DNA of 64,000 nt from Eledone cirrhosa (taxonomy: Eukaryota), in contig OZ024753.1 in assembly GCA_964016885.1 (NCBI GenBank), positions 20,336,001 to 20,400,000 on the forward strand. The letters are read 5' to 3'. The notes beneath the pieces were generated by a model. That model was not told where the DNA came from. It was given only the letters and a program-made list of their open reading frames with translations, and searched no databases. Position 1 is the first letter of the stretch; every line of letters starts with the position of its first letter. The translations under genes were made by a program, and so were the position numbers. Positions 1 to 12,200 of this stretch are shown piece by piece.

Positions 1-2010
1 TGTGTTGTGATACAGTATAGTGTCTTGGGTGTTGGGAAGGATCTGTGTATGTTGTGATACAGTGTAGTGTCTGGGGAGTTGGGAAGGATCTGTGTGTGTT
101 GTGATACAGTGTAGTGTCTGGGGAGTTGGGAAGGATCTGTGTGTGGTGTGATACAGTGTAGTGTCTGGAGAGTTGCGAAGGATCTGTGTGTGTTGTGATA
201 CAGTGTAGTGTCTGGGGAGTTGGGAAGGATCTGTGTGTGTTGTGATACAGTATAGTGTCTGGGGAGTTGGGAAGGATATGTGTGTGTTGTGATACAGTAT
301 AGTGTCTGGGGAGTTGGGAAGGATCTGTGTGTGTTGTGATACAGTATAGTGTCTGGGGTGTGGGGAAGGATATGTGTGTGTTGTGATACAGTTTAGTGTC
401 TGGGGAGTTGGGAAGGATCTGTGTGTGTTGTGATACAGTGTGTTGTCTGGGGTGTTGGGAAGGATCTGTGTGTGTTGTGATACAGTATAGTGTCTGGGGA
501 GTTGGGAAGGATCTGTGTGTGTTGTGATACAGTATAGTGTCTGGGGTGTTGGGAAGGATATGTGTGTGTTGTGATACAGTGTAGTGTCTGGGGAGTTGGG
601 AAGGATCTGTGTGTGTTGTGATACAGTGTAGTGTCTGGGGAGTTGGGAAGGATCTGTGTGTGTTGTGATACAGTGTATTGTCTGGGGAGTTGGGAAGGAT
701 CTGTGTGTGTTGTGATACAGTATAGTGTCTGGGGAGTTGGGAAGGATATGTGTGTGTTGTGATACAGTATAGTATCTGGGGAGTTGGGAGGGATCTGTGT
801 GTGTTGTGATACCATGTAGTGTCTGGAGAGTTGGGAAGGATCTGTGTGTGTTGTGATACAGTGTAGTGTCTGGGGAGTTGGGAAGGATCTGTGTGTGTTG
901 TGATACAGTATAGTGTCTGGGGAGTTGGGAAGGATATGTGTGTGTTGTGATACAGTATAATGTCTGGGGAGTTGGGAAGGATCTGTGTGTGTTGTGATAC
1001 AGTATAGTGTCTTGGGTGTTGGGAAGGATCTGTGTGTGTTGTGATACAGTGTAGTGTCTGGGGAGTTGGGAAGGATCTGTGTGTGTTGTGATACAGTGTA
1101 GTGTCTGGGGAGTTGGGAAGGATCTGTGTGTGTTGTAATACAGTGTAGTGTCTGGGGAGTTGGGAAGGATCTGTGTGTGTTGTGATACAGTATAGTATCT
1201 GGGGAGTTGGGAAGGATCTGTGTGTGTTGTGATTTCAGTATAGTGTCTGGGTTGTTGGGAAGGATCTGTGTGTGTTGTGATACAGTATAGTGTCTGGGGA
1301 GTTGGGAAGGATCTGTGTGTGTTGTGATACAGTGTAGTGTCTGGGGCGTTGGGAAGGATCTGTGTGTGTTGTGATACAGTATAGTGTCTGGGGTGTTGGG
1401 AAGGATCTGTGTGTGTTGTGATACAGTGTAGTGTCTGAGGTGTTGGGAAGGATCTGTGTGTGTTGTGATACAGTGTAGTGTCTGGGGTGTTGGGAAGGAT
1501 CTGTGTGTGTTGTGATACAGTATCGTGTCTGGGGAGTTGGGAAGGATCTGTGTGTGTTGTGATACAGTGTAGTGTCTGGGGAGTTGGGAAGGATCTGTGT
1601 GTGTTGTGATACAGTATAGTGTCTGGGGTGTTGGGAAGGATCTGTGTGTGTTGTGATACAGTGTAGTGTCTGGGGTGTTGGGAAGGATCTGTGTGTGTTG
1701 TGATACAGTATAGTGTCTGGGGAGTTGGGGAGGATCTGTGTGTGTTGTGATACAGTATAGTGTCTGGGGTGTTGGGAAGGATCTGTGTGTGTTGTGATAC
1801 AGTGTAGTGTCTGGGGAGTTGGGAAGGATCTGTGTGTGTTGTGATACAGTGGAGTGTCTAGGGAGTTGGGAAGGATCTGTGTGTGTTGTGATACAGTGTA
1901 GTGTCTGGGGAGTTGGGAAGGATCTGTGTGTGTTGTGATACAGTATAATGTCTGGGGTGTTGGGAAGGATCTGTGTGTGTTGTGATACAGTGTAGTGTCT
2001 GGGGTGTTGG

Positions 2011-2417
2011 GAAGAGTCAGTGAGTTGTGATACAGTATAGTGTCTGGGGAGTTGGAAAGGGTCTGTGTGTGTTGTGATACAGTGTAATGTCTGGGGAGTT
2101 GGGAAGAGTCAGTGAGTTGTGATACAGTATAGTTTCTGGGGAGTTGGGAAGGGTCTGTGTGTTGTGATACAGTGTATTGTCTCGGGAGTTGGGAAGAGTC
2201 AGTGAGTTGTGATACATTATAGTGTCTGTGGAGTTGGTAAGGATCTGTGTGTTGTGATACAGTATAGTGTCTGGGGAGTTGGGAAGGATCAGTGAGTTGT
2301 GATACATTATAGTGTCTGGGGAGTTGGGAAGGATCTGTGTGTTGTGATACAGTGTATTGTCTGGGGAATTGGGAAGGGTCACTGAGTTGTGATACAGTAT
2401 AGTGTCTGTGGAGTTGG
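2011..2417. repeat. Divergent 45-bp subfamily cassette, copy 1 (9 units: 45,47,45x7)
   Basis: Units with GAAGAGTCAGTGAGTT, GATCAGTGAG or GGTCACTGAG alternate with units carrying a shortened (TG)3 tract. Unit starts are 2011, 2056, 2103, 2148, 2193, 2238, 2283, 2328, 2373. Confidence 0.93.
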
Positions 2418-5400
2418 GAAGGAACTGTGTTTGTTGTGATACAGTATAGTATCTGGGGAGTTGGGAAGGATCTGTGTGTGTTGTGATACAGTGTAGTGTC
2501 TGGGGAGTTGGGAAGGATCTGTGTTTGTTGTGATACAGTATAGTATCTGGGGAGTTGGGAAGGATCTGTGTGTGTTGTGATACAGTGTAGTGTCTGGAGA
2601 GTTGGGAAGGATCTGTGTGTGTTGTGAAACAGTGTAGTGTCTGGGGAGTTGGGAAGGATCTGTGTGTGTTGTGATACAGTATAGTGTCTGGGGAGTTGGG
2701 AAGGATATGTGTGTGTTGTGATACAATATAGTGTCTGGGGAGTTGGGAAGGATCTGTGTGTGTTGTAATACAGTATAGTGTCTGGGGTGTTGGGAAGGAT
2801 CTGTGTGTGTTGTGATACAGTGTAGTGTCTGGGGAGTTGGGAAGGATATGTGTGTGTTGTGATACAGTGTGTTGTCTGGGGTGTTGGGAAGGATCTGTGT
2901 GTGTTGTGATACAGTATAGTGTCTGGGGAGTTGGGAAGGATCTGTGTGTGTTGTGATACAGTATAGTGTCTTGGGTGTTGGGAAGGATCTGTGTATGTTG
3001 TGATACAGTGTAGTGTCTGGGGAGTTGGGAAGGATCTGTGTGTGTTGTGATACAGTGTAGTGTCTGGGGAGTTGGGAGGGATCTGTGTGTGTTGTGATAC
3101 AGTATAGTGTCTGGGGTGTTGGGAAGGATCTGTGTGTGTTGTGATACAGTGTAGTGTCTGGGGTGTTGGGAAGGATCTGTGTGTGTTGTGATACAGTGTA
3201 TTGTCTGGGGTGTTGGGAAGGATCTGTGTGTGTTGTGATACAGTATAGTGTCTGGGGAGTTGGGAAGGATCTGTGTGTGTTGTGATACAGTATAGTGTCT
3301 TGGGTGTTGGGAAGGATCTGTGTATGTTGTGATACAGTGTAGTGTCTGGGGAGTTGGGAAGGATCTGTGTGTGTTGTGATACAGTGTAGTGTCTGGGGAG
3401 TTGGGAAGGATCTGTGTGTGGTGTGATACAGTGTAGTGTCTGGAGAGTTGCGAAGGATCTGTGTGTGTTGTGATACAATGTGTTGTCTGGGGTGTTGGGA
3501 AGGATCTGTGTGTGTTGTGATACAGTATAGTGTCTGGGGAGTTGGGAAGGATATGTGTGTGTTGTGATACAGTATAGTGTCTGGGGAGTTGGGAAGGATC
3601 TGTGTGTGTTGGGATACAGTATAGTGTCTGGGGTGTTGGGAAGAATCTGTGTGTGTTGTGATACAGTGTAGTGTCTGGGGAGTTGGGAAGGATCTGTGTG
3701 TGTGTTGTGATACAGTGTAGTGTCTGGGGTGTTGGGAAGGATCTGTGTGTGTTGTGATACAGTATAGTGTCTGGGGAGTTGGGAAGAATCTGTGTGTGTT
3801 GTGATACAGTGTAGTGTCTGGGGAGTTGGGAAGGATCTGTGTGTGTGTTGTGATACAGTATAGTGTCTGGGGAGTTGGGAAGGATCTGTGTGTGTTGTGA
3901 TACAGTGTAGTGTCTGGGGAGTTGGGAAGGATCTGTGTGTGTTGTGATACAGTATAGTGTCTGGGGAGTTGGGAAGGATCTGTGTGTGTTGGGATACAGT
4001 ATAGTGTCTGGGGTGTTGGGAAGAATCTGTGTGTGTTGTGATACAGTGTAGTGTCTGGGGAGTTGGGAAGGATCTGTGTGTGTGTTGTGATACAGTGTAG
4101 TGTCTGGGGTGTTGGGAAGGATCTGTGTGTGTTGTGATACAGTATAGTGTCTGGGGAGTTGGGAAGGATCTGTGTGTGTTGTGATACAGTATAGTGTCTG
4201 GGGAGTTGGGAAGGATATGTGTGTGTTCTGATACAGTATATTATCTGTGGAGTTGGGAAGGATCTGTGTATGTTGTGATACAATGTAGTGTCTGGAGAGT
4301 TGGGAAGGATCTGTGTGTGTTGTGATACAGTGTGGTGTCTGGGGTGTTGGGAAGGATATGTGTGTGTTGTGATACAGTATAGTGTCTGGGGAGTTGGGAA
4401 GGATCTGTGTGTGTTGGGATACAGTATAGTGTCTGGGGTGTTGGGAAGAATCTGTGTGTGTTGTGATACAGTGTAGTGTCTGGGGAGTCGGGAAGGATCT
4501 GTGTGTGTGTTGTGATACAGTGTAGTGTCTGGGGTGTTGGGAAGGATCTGTGTGTGTTGTGATACAGTGTAGTGTCTGGGGAGTTGGGAAGGATCTGTGT
4601 GTGTTGTGATTCAGTATAGTGTCTGGGTTGTTGGGAAGGATCTGTGTGTGTTGTGATACAGTATAGTGTCTGGGGAGTTGGGAAGGATCTGTGTGTGTTG
4701 TGATACAGTGTAGTGTCTGGGGAGTTGGGAAGGATCTGTGTGTGTTGTGATACAGTATAGTGTCTGGGGTGTTGGGAAGGATATGTGTGTGTTGTGATAC
4801 AGTGTAGTGTCTGGGGTGTTGGGAAGGATCTGTGTGTGTTGTGATACAGTGTAGTGTCTGGGGTGTTGGGAAGGATATGTGTGTGTTGTGATACAGTATC
4901 GTGTCTGGGGAGTTGGGAAGGATCTGTGTGTGTTGTGATACAGTGTAGTGTCTGGGGAGTTGGGAAGGATCTGTGTGTGTTGTGATACAGTATAGTGTCT
5001 GGCGTGTTGGGAAGGATCTGTGTGTGTTGTGATACAGTGTAGTGTCTGGGGTGTTGGGAAGGATCTGTGTGTGTTGTGATACAGTATAGTGTCTGGGGAG
5101 TTGGGGAGGATCTGTGTGTGTTGTGATACAGTATAGTGTCTGGGGTGTTGGGAAGGATCTGTGTGTGTTGTGATACAGTGTAGTGTCTGGGGTGTTGGGA
5201 AGGATCTGTGTGTGTTGTGATACAGTGTAGTGTCTGGGGAGTTGGGAAGGATCTGTGTGTGTTGTGATACAGTGGAGTGTCTAGGGAGTTGGGAAGGATC
5301 TGTGTGTGTTGTGATACAGTGTAGTGTCTGGGGAGTTGGGAAGGATCTGTGTGTGTTGTGATACAGTATAGTGTCTGGGGAGTTGGGAAGGATCTGTGTG

Positions 5401-8400
5401 TGTTGTGATACAGTGTAGTGTCTGGGGAGTTGGGAGGGATCTGTGTGTGTTGTGATACAGTATAGTGTCTGGGGTGTTGGGAAGGATCTGTGTGTGTTGT
5501 GATACAGTGTAGTGTCTGGGGTGTTGGGAAGGATCTGTGTGTGTTGTGATACAGTGTATTGTCTGGGGTGTTGGGAAGGATCTGTGTGTGTTGTGATACA
5601 GTATAGTGTCTGGGGTGTTGGGAAGGATCTGTGTATGTTGTGATACAGTGTAGTGTCTGGGGAGTTGGGAAGGATCTGTGTGTGTTGTGATACAGTGTAG
5701 TGTCTGGGGAGTTGGGAAGGATCTGTCTGTGGTGTGATACAGTGTAGTGTCTGGAGAGTTGCGAAGGATCTGTGTGTGTTGTGATACAGTGTAGTGTCTG
5801 GGGAGTTGGGAAGGATCTGTGTGTGTTGTGATACAGTATAGTGTCTGGGGAGTTGGGAAGGATATGTGTGTGTTGTGATACAGTATAGTGTCTGGGGAGT
5901 TGGGAAGGATCTGCGTGTGTTGTGATACAGTATAGTGTCTGGGGTGTTGGGAAGGATCTGTGTGTGTTGTGATACAGTGTAGTGTCTGGGGAGTTGGGAA
6001 GGATCTGTGTGTGTTGTGATACAGTGTGTTGTCTGGGGTGTTGGGTAGGATCTGTGTGTGTTGTGATACAGTATAGTGTATGGGGAGTTGGGAAGGATCT
6101 GTGTGTGTTGTGATACAGTATAGTGTCTGGGGTGTTGGGAAGGATCTGTGTGTGTTGTGATACAGTGTAGTGTCTGGGGTGTTGGGAAGGATCTGTGTGT
6201 GTTGTGATACAGTTTAGTGTCTGGGGAGTTGGGAAGGATCTGTGTGTGTTGTGATACAGTATAGTGTATGGGGTGTTGGGAAGGATATGTGCGTGTTGTG
6301 ATACAATATAGTGTCTGGGGAGTTGGGAAGGATCTGTGTGTGTTGTGATACAGTGTAGTGTCTGGGGAGTTGGGAAGGATCTGTGTGTGTTGTGATACAG
6401 TGTAGTGTCTGGGGAGTTGGGAAGGATCTGTGTGTGTTGTGATACAGTGTAGTGTCTGGGGAGTTGGGAATGATCTGTGTGTGTTGTGATACAGTATAGT
6501 GTCTGGGGTGTTGGGAAGGATCTGTGTGTGTTGTGATACAGTGTAGTGTCTGGGGTGTTGGGAAGGATCTGTGTGTGTTGTGATACAGTTTAGTGTCTGG
6601 GGAGTTGGGAAGGATCTGTGTGTGTTGTGATAAAGTATAGTGTCTGTGGTGTTGGGAAGGATCTGTGTGTGTTGTGATACAGTGTAGTGTCTGGGGAGTT
6701 GGGAAGGATCTGTGTGTGTTGTGATACAGTGTAGTGTCTGGGGAGTTGGGAAGGATCTGTGTGTGTTGTGATACAGTATAGTGTCTGGGGAGTTGGGAAG
6801 GATATGTGTGTGTTGTGATACAGTATATTATCTGTGGAGTTGGGAAGGATCTGTGTATGTTGTGATACAATGTAGTGTCTGGAGAGTTGGGAAGGATCTG
6901 TGTGTGTTGTGATACAGTGTGGTGTCTGGGGTGTTGGGAAGGATATGTGTGTGTTGTGATACAGTATAGTGTCTGGGGAGTTGGGAAGGATCTGTGTGTG
7001 TTGGGATACAGTATAGTGTCTGGGGTGTTGGGAAGAATCTGTGTGTGTTGTGATACAGTGTAGTGTCTGGGGAGTCGGGAAGGATCTGTGTGTGTGTTGT
7101 GATACAGTGTAGTGTCTGGGGTGTTGGGAAGGATCTGTGTGTGTTGTGATACAGTATAGTGTCTGGGGAGTTGGGAAGAATCTGTGTGTGTTGTGATACA
7201 GTGTAGTGTCTGGGGAGTTGGGAAGGATCTGTGTGTGTGTTGTGATACAGTGTAGTGTCTGGGGTGTTGGGAAGGATCTGTGTGTGTTGTGATACAGTAT
7301 AGTGTCTGGGGAGTTGGGAAGGATCTGTGTGTGTTGTGATACAGTGTAGTGTCTGGGGAGTTGGGAAGGATCCGTGTGTGTTGTGATACAGTATAGTGTC
7401 TGGGGAGTTGGGAAGGATCTGTGTGTGTTGGGATACAGTATAGTGTCTGGGGTGTTGGGAAGAATCTGTGTGTGTTGTGATACAGTGTAGTGTCTGGGGA
7501 GTTGGGAAGGAACTGTGTGTGTGTTGTGATACAGTGTAGTGTCTGGGGTGTTGGGAAGGATCTGTGTGTGTTGTGATACAGTATAGTGTCTGGGGAGTTG
7601 GGAAGGATCTGTGTGTGTTGTGATACAGTGTAGTGTCTGGGGAGTTGGGAAGGATCTGTGTGTGTTGTGATACAGTATAGTGTCTGGGGTGTTGGGAAGG
7701 ATCTGTGTGTGTTGTGATACAGTGTAGTGTCTGGGGTGTTGGGAAGGATCTGTGTGTTGTGATACAGTGTAGTGTCTGGGGTGTTGGGAAGGATCTGTGT
7801 GTGTTGTGATACAGTATAGTGTCTGGGGAGTTGGGAAGGATCTGTGTGTGTTGTGATACAGTATAGTGTCTTGGGTGTTGGGAAGGATCTGTGTATGTTG
7901 TGATACAGTGTAGTGTCTGGGGAGTTGGGAAGGATCTGTGTGTGTTGTGATACAGTGTAGTGTCTGGGGAGTTGGGAAGGATCTGTGTGTGGTGTGATAC
8001 AGTGTAGTGTCTGGAGAGTTGCGAAGGATCTGTGTGTGTTGTGATACAGTGTAGTGTCTGGGGAGTTGGGAAGGATCTGTGTGTGTTGTGATACAGTATA
8101 GTGTCTGGGGAGTTGGGAAGGATATGTGTGTGTTGTGATACAGTATAGTGTCTGGGGAGTTGGGAAGGATCTGTGTGTGTTGTGATACAGTATAGTGTCT
8201 GGGGTGTGGGGAAGGATATGTGTGTGTTGTGATACAGTTTAGTGTCTGGGGAGTTGGGAAGGATCTGTGTGTGTTGTGATACAGTGTGTTGTCTGGGGTG
8301 TTGGGAAGGATCTGTGTGTGTTGTGATACAGTATAGTGTCTGGGGAGTTGGGAAGGATCTGTGTGTGTTGTGATACAGTATAGTGTCTGGGGTGTTGGGA

Positions 8401-9267
8401 AGGATCTGTGTGTGTTCTGATACAGTGTAGTGTCTGGGGTGTTGGGAAGGATTTGTGTGTGTTGTGATACAGTGTAGTGTCTGGGGTGTTGGGAAGGATC
8501 TGTGTGTGTTGTGATACAGTATAGTGTCTGGGGAGTTGGGAAGGATCTGTGTGTGTTGTGATACAGTATAGTGTCTGGGGTGTTGGGAAGGATATGTGTG
8601 TGTTGTGATACAGTGTAGTGTCTGGGGAGTTGGGAAGGATCTGTGTGTGTTGTGATACAGTGTAGTGTCTGGGGAGTTGGGAAGGATCTGTGTGTGTTGT
8701 GATACAGTGTATTGTCTGGGGAGTTGGGAAGGATCTGTGTGTGTTGTGATACAGTATAGTGTCTGGGGAGTTGGGAAGGATATGTGTGTGTTGTGATACA
8801 GTATAGTATCTGGGGTGTTGGGAGGGATCTGTGTGTGTTGTGATACCATGTAGTGTCTGGAGAGTTGGGAAGGATCTGTGTGTGTTGTGATACAGTGTAG
8901 TGTCTGGGGAGTTGGGAAGGATCTGTGTGTGTTGTGATACAGTATAGTGTCTGGGGAGTTGGGAAGGATATGTGTGTGTTGTGATACAGTATAATGTCTG
9001 GGGAGTTGGGAAGGATCTGTGTGTGTTGTGATACAGTATAGTGTCTTGGGTGTTGGGAAGGATCTGTGTGTGTTGTGATACAGTGTAGTGTCTGGGGAGT
9101 TGGGAAGGATCTGTGTGTGTTGTGATACAGTGTAGTGTCTGGGGAGTTGGGAAGGATCTGTGTGTGTTGTAATACAGTGTAGTGTCTGGGGAGTTGGGAA
9201 GGATCTGTGTGTGTTGTGATACAGTATAGTATCTGGGGAGTTGGGAAGGATCTGTGTGTGTTGTGAT

Positions 9268-12200
9268 TCAGTATAGTGTCTGGGTTGTTGGGAAGGATCT
9301 GTGTGTGTTGTGATACAGTATAGTGTCTGGGGAGTTGGGAAGGATCTGTGTGTGTTGTGATACAGTGTAGTGTCTGGGGAGTTGGGAAGGATCTGTGTGT
9401 GTTGTGATACAGTATAGTGTCTGGGGTGTTGGGAAGGATATGTGTGTGTTGTGATACAGTGTAGTGTCTGGGGTGTTGGGAAGGATCTGTGTGTGTTGTG
9501 ATACAGTGTAGTGTCTGGGGTGTTGGGAAGGATCTGTGTGTGTTGTGATACAGTATCGTGTCTGGGGAGTTGGGAAGGATCTGTGTGTGTTGTGATACAG
9601 TGTAGTGTCTGGGGAGTTGGGAAGGATCTGTCTGTGTTGTGATACAGTATAGTGTCTGGGGTGTTGGGAAGGATCTGTGTGTGTTGTGATACAGTGTAGT
9701 GTCTGGGGTGTTGGGAAGGATCTGTGTGTGTTGTGATACAGTATAGTGTCTGGGGAGTTGGGGAGGATCTGTGTGTGTTGTGATACAGTATAGTGTCTGG
9801 GGTGTTGGGAAGGATCTGTGTGTGTTGTGATACAGTGTAGTGTCTGGGGAGTTGGGAAGGATCTGTGTGTGTTGTGATACAGTGGAGTGTCTAGGGAGTT
9901 GGGAAGGATCTGTGTGTGTTGTGATACAGTGTAGTGTCTGGGGAGTTGGGAAGGATCTGTGTGTGTTGTGATACAGTATAGTGTCTGGGGTGTTGGGAAG
10001 GATCTGTGTGTGTTGTGATACAGTGTAGTGTCTGGGGTGTTGGGAAGAGTCAGTGAGTTGTGATACAGTATAGTGTCTGGGGAGTTGGAAAGGGTCTGTG
10101 TGTGTTGTGATACAGTGTAATGTCTGGGGAGTTGGGAAGAGTCAGTGAGTTGTGATACAGTATAGTTTCTGGGGAGTTGGGAAGGGTCTGTGTGTTGTGA
10201 TACAGTGTATTGTCTGGGGAGTTGGGAAGAGTCAGTGAGTTGTGATACATTATAGTGTCTGGGTTGTTGGGAAGGATCTGTGTGTGTTGTGATACAGTAT
10301 AGTGTCTGGGGAGTTGGGAAGGATCTGTGTGTGTTGTGATACAGTGTAGTGTCTGGGGAGTTGGGAAGGATCTGTGTGTGTTGTGATACAGTATAGTGTC
10401 TGGGGTGTTGGGAAGGATATGTGTGTGTTGTGATACAGTGTAGTGTCTGGGGTGTTGGGAAGGATCTGTGTGTGTTGTGATACAGTGTAGTGTCTGGGGT
10501 GTTGGGAAGGATATGTGTGTGTTGTGATACAGTATCGTGTCTGGGGAGTTGGGAAGGATCTGTGTGTGTTGTGATACAGTGTAGTGTCTGGGGAGTTGGG
10601 AAGGATCTGTGTGTGTTGTGATACAGTATAGTGTCTGGGGTGTTGGGAAGGATCTGTGTGTGTTGTGATACAGTGTAGTGTCTGGGGTGTTGGGAAGGAT
10701 CTGTGTGTGTTGTGATACAGTATAGTGTCTGGGGAGTTGGGGAGGATCTGTGTGTGTTGTGATACAGTATAGTGTCTGGGGTGTTGGGAAGGATCTGTGT
10801 GTGTTGTGATTCAGTGTAGTGTCTGGGGTGTTGGGAAGGATCTGTGTGTGTTGTGATACAGTGTAGTGTCTGGGGAGTTGGGAAGGATCTGTGTGTGTTG
10901 TGATACAGTGGAGTGTCTAGGGAGTTGGGAAGGATCTGTGTGTGTTGTGATACAGTGTAGTGTCTGGGGAGTTGGGAAGGATCTGTGTGTGTTGTGATAC
11001 AGTATAGTGTCTGGGGTGTTGGGAAGGATCTGTGTGTGTTGTGATACAGTGTAGTGTCTGGGGTGTTGGGAAGGATCTGTGTGTGTTGTGATACAGTATA
11101 GTGTCTGGGGAGTTGGGAAGGATCTGTGTGTGTTGTGATACAGTATAGTGTCTGGGGTGTTGGGAAGGATCTGTGTGTGTTGTGATACAGTGTAGTGTCT
11201 GGGGAGTTGGGAGGGATCTGTGTGTGTTGTGATACAGTATAGTGTCTGGGGTGTTGGGAAGGATCTGTGTGTGTTGTGATACAGTGTAGTGTCTGGGGTG
11301 TTGGGAAGGATCTGTGTGTGTTGTGATACAGTGTATTGTCTGGGGTGTTGGGAAGGATCTGTGTGTGTTGTGATACAGTATAGTGTCTGGGTAGTTGGGA
11401 AGGATCTGTGTGTGTTGTGATACAGTATAGTGTCTTGGGTGTTGGGAAGGATCTGTGTATGTTGTGATACAGTGTAGTGTCTGGGGAGTTGGGAAGGATC
11501 TGTGTGTGTTGTGATACAGTGTAGTGTCTGGGGAGTTTGGGAAGGATCTGTGTGTGGTGTGATACAGTGTAGTGTCTGGAGAGTTGCGAAGGATCTGTGT
11601 GTGTTGTGATACAGTGTAGTGTCTGGGGAGTTGGGAAGGATCTGTGTGTGTTGTGATACAGTATAGTGTCTGGGGAGTTGGGAAGGATATGTGTGTGTTG
11701 TGATACAGTATAGTGTCTGGGGAGTTGGGAAGGATCTGCGTGTGTTGTGATACAGTATAGTGTCTGGGGTGTTGGGAAGGATCTGTGTGTGTTGTGATAC
11801 AGTGTAGTGTCTGGGGAGTTGGGAAGGATCTGTGTGTGTTGTGATACAGTGTGTTGTCTGGGGTGTTGGGTAGGATCTGTGTGTGTTGTGATAGAGTATA
11901 GTGTATGGGGAGTTGGGAAGGATCTGTGTGTGTTGTGATACAGTATAGTGTCTGGGGTGTTGGGAAGGATCTGTGTGTGTTGTGATACAGTGTAGTGTCT
12001 GGGGTGTTGGGAAGGATCTGTGTGTGTTGTGATACAGTTTAGTGTCTGGGGAGTTGGGAAGGATCTGTGTGTGTTGTGATACAGTATAGTGTATGGGGTG
12101 TTGGGAAGGATATGTGCGTGTTGTGATACAATATAGTGTCTGGGGAGTTGGGAAGGATCTGTGTGTGTTGTGATACAGTGTAGTGTCTGGGGAGTTGGGA

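Noticed and set aside
57-65. TACAGTG as a Tc1/mariner terminus or V(D)J RSS heptamer
   Set aside because: There is no inverted partner or transposase, the essential CAC start is missing on this strand, and no nonamer lies at 12/23 spacing.
2014-2026. AP-1 site in the 45-bp units (AGAGTCAGTGAGT)
   Set aside because: It is not a full TGA(G/C)TCA match, only half-sites.
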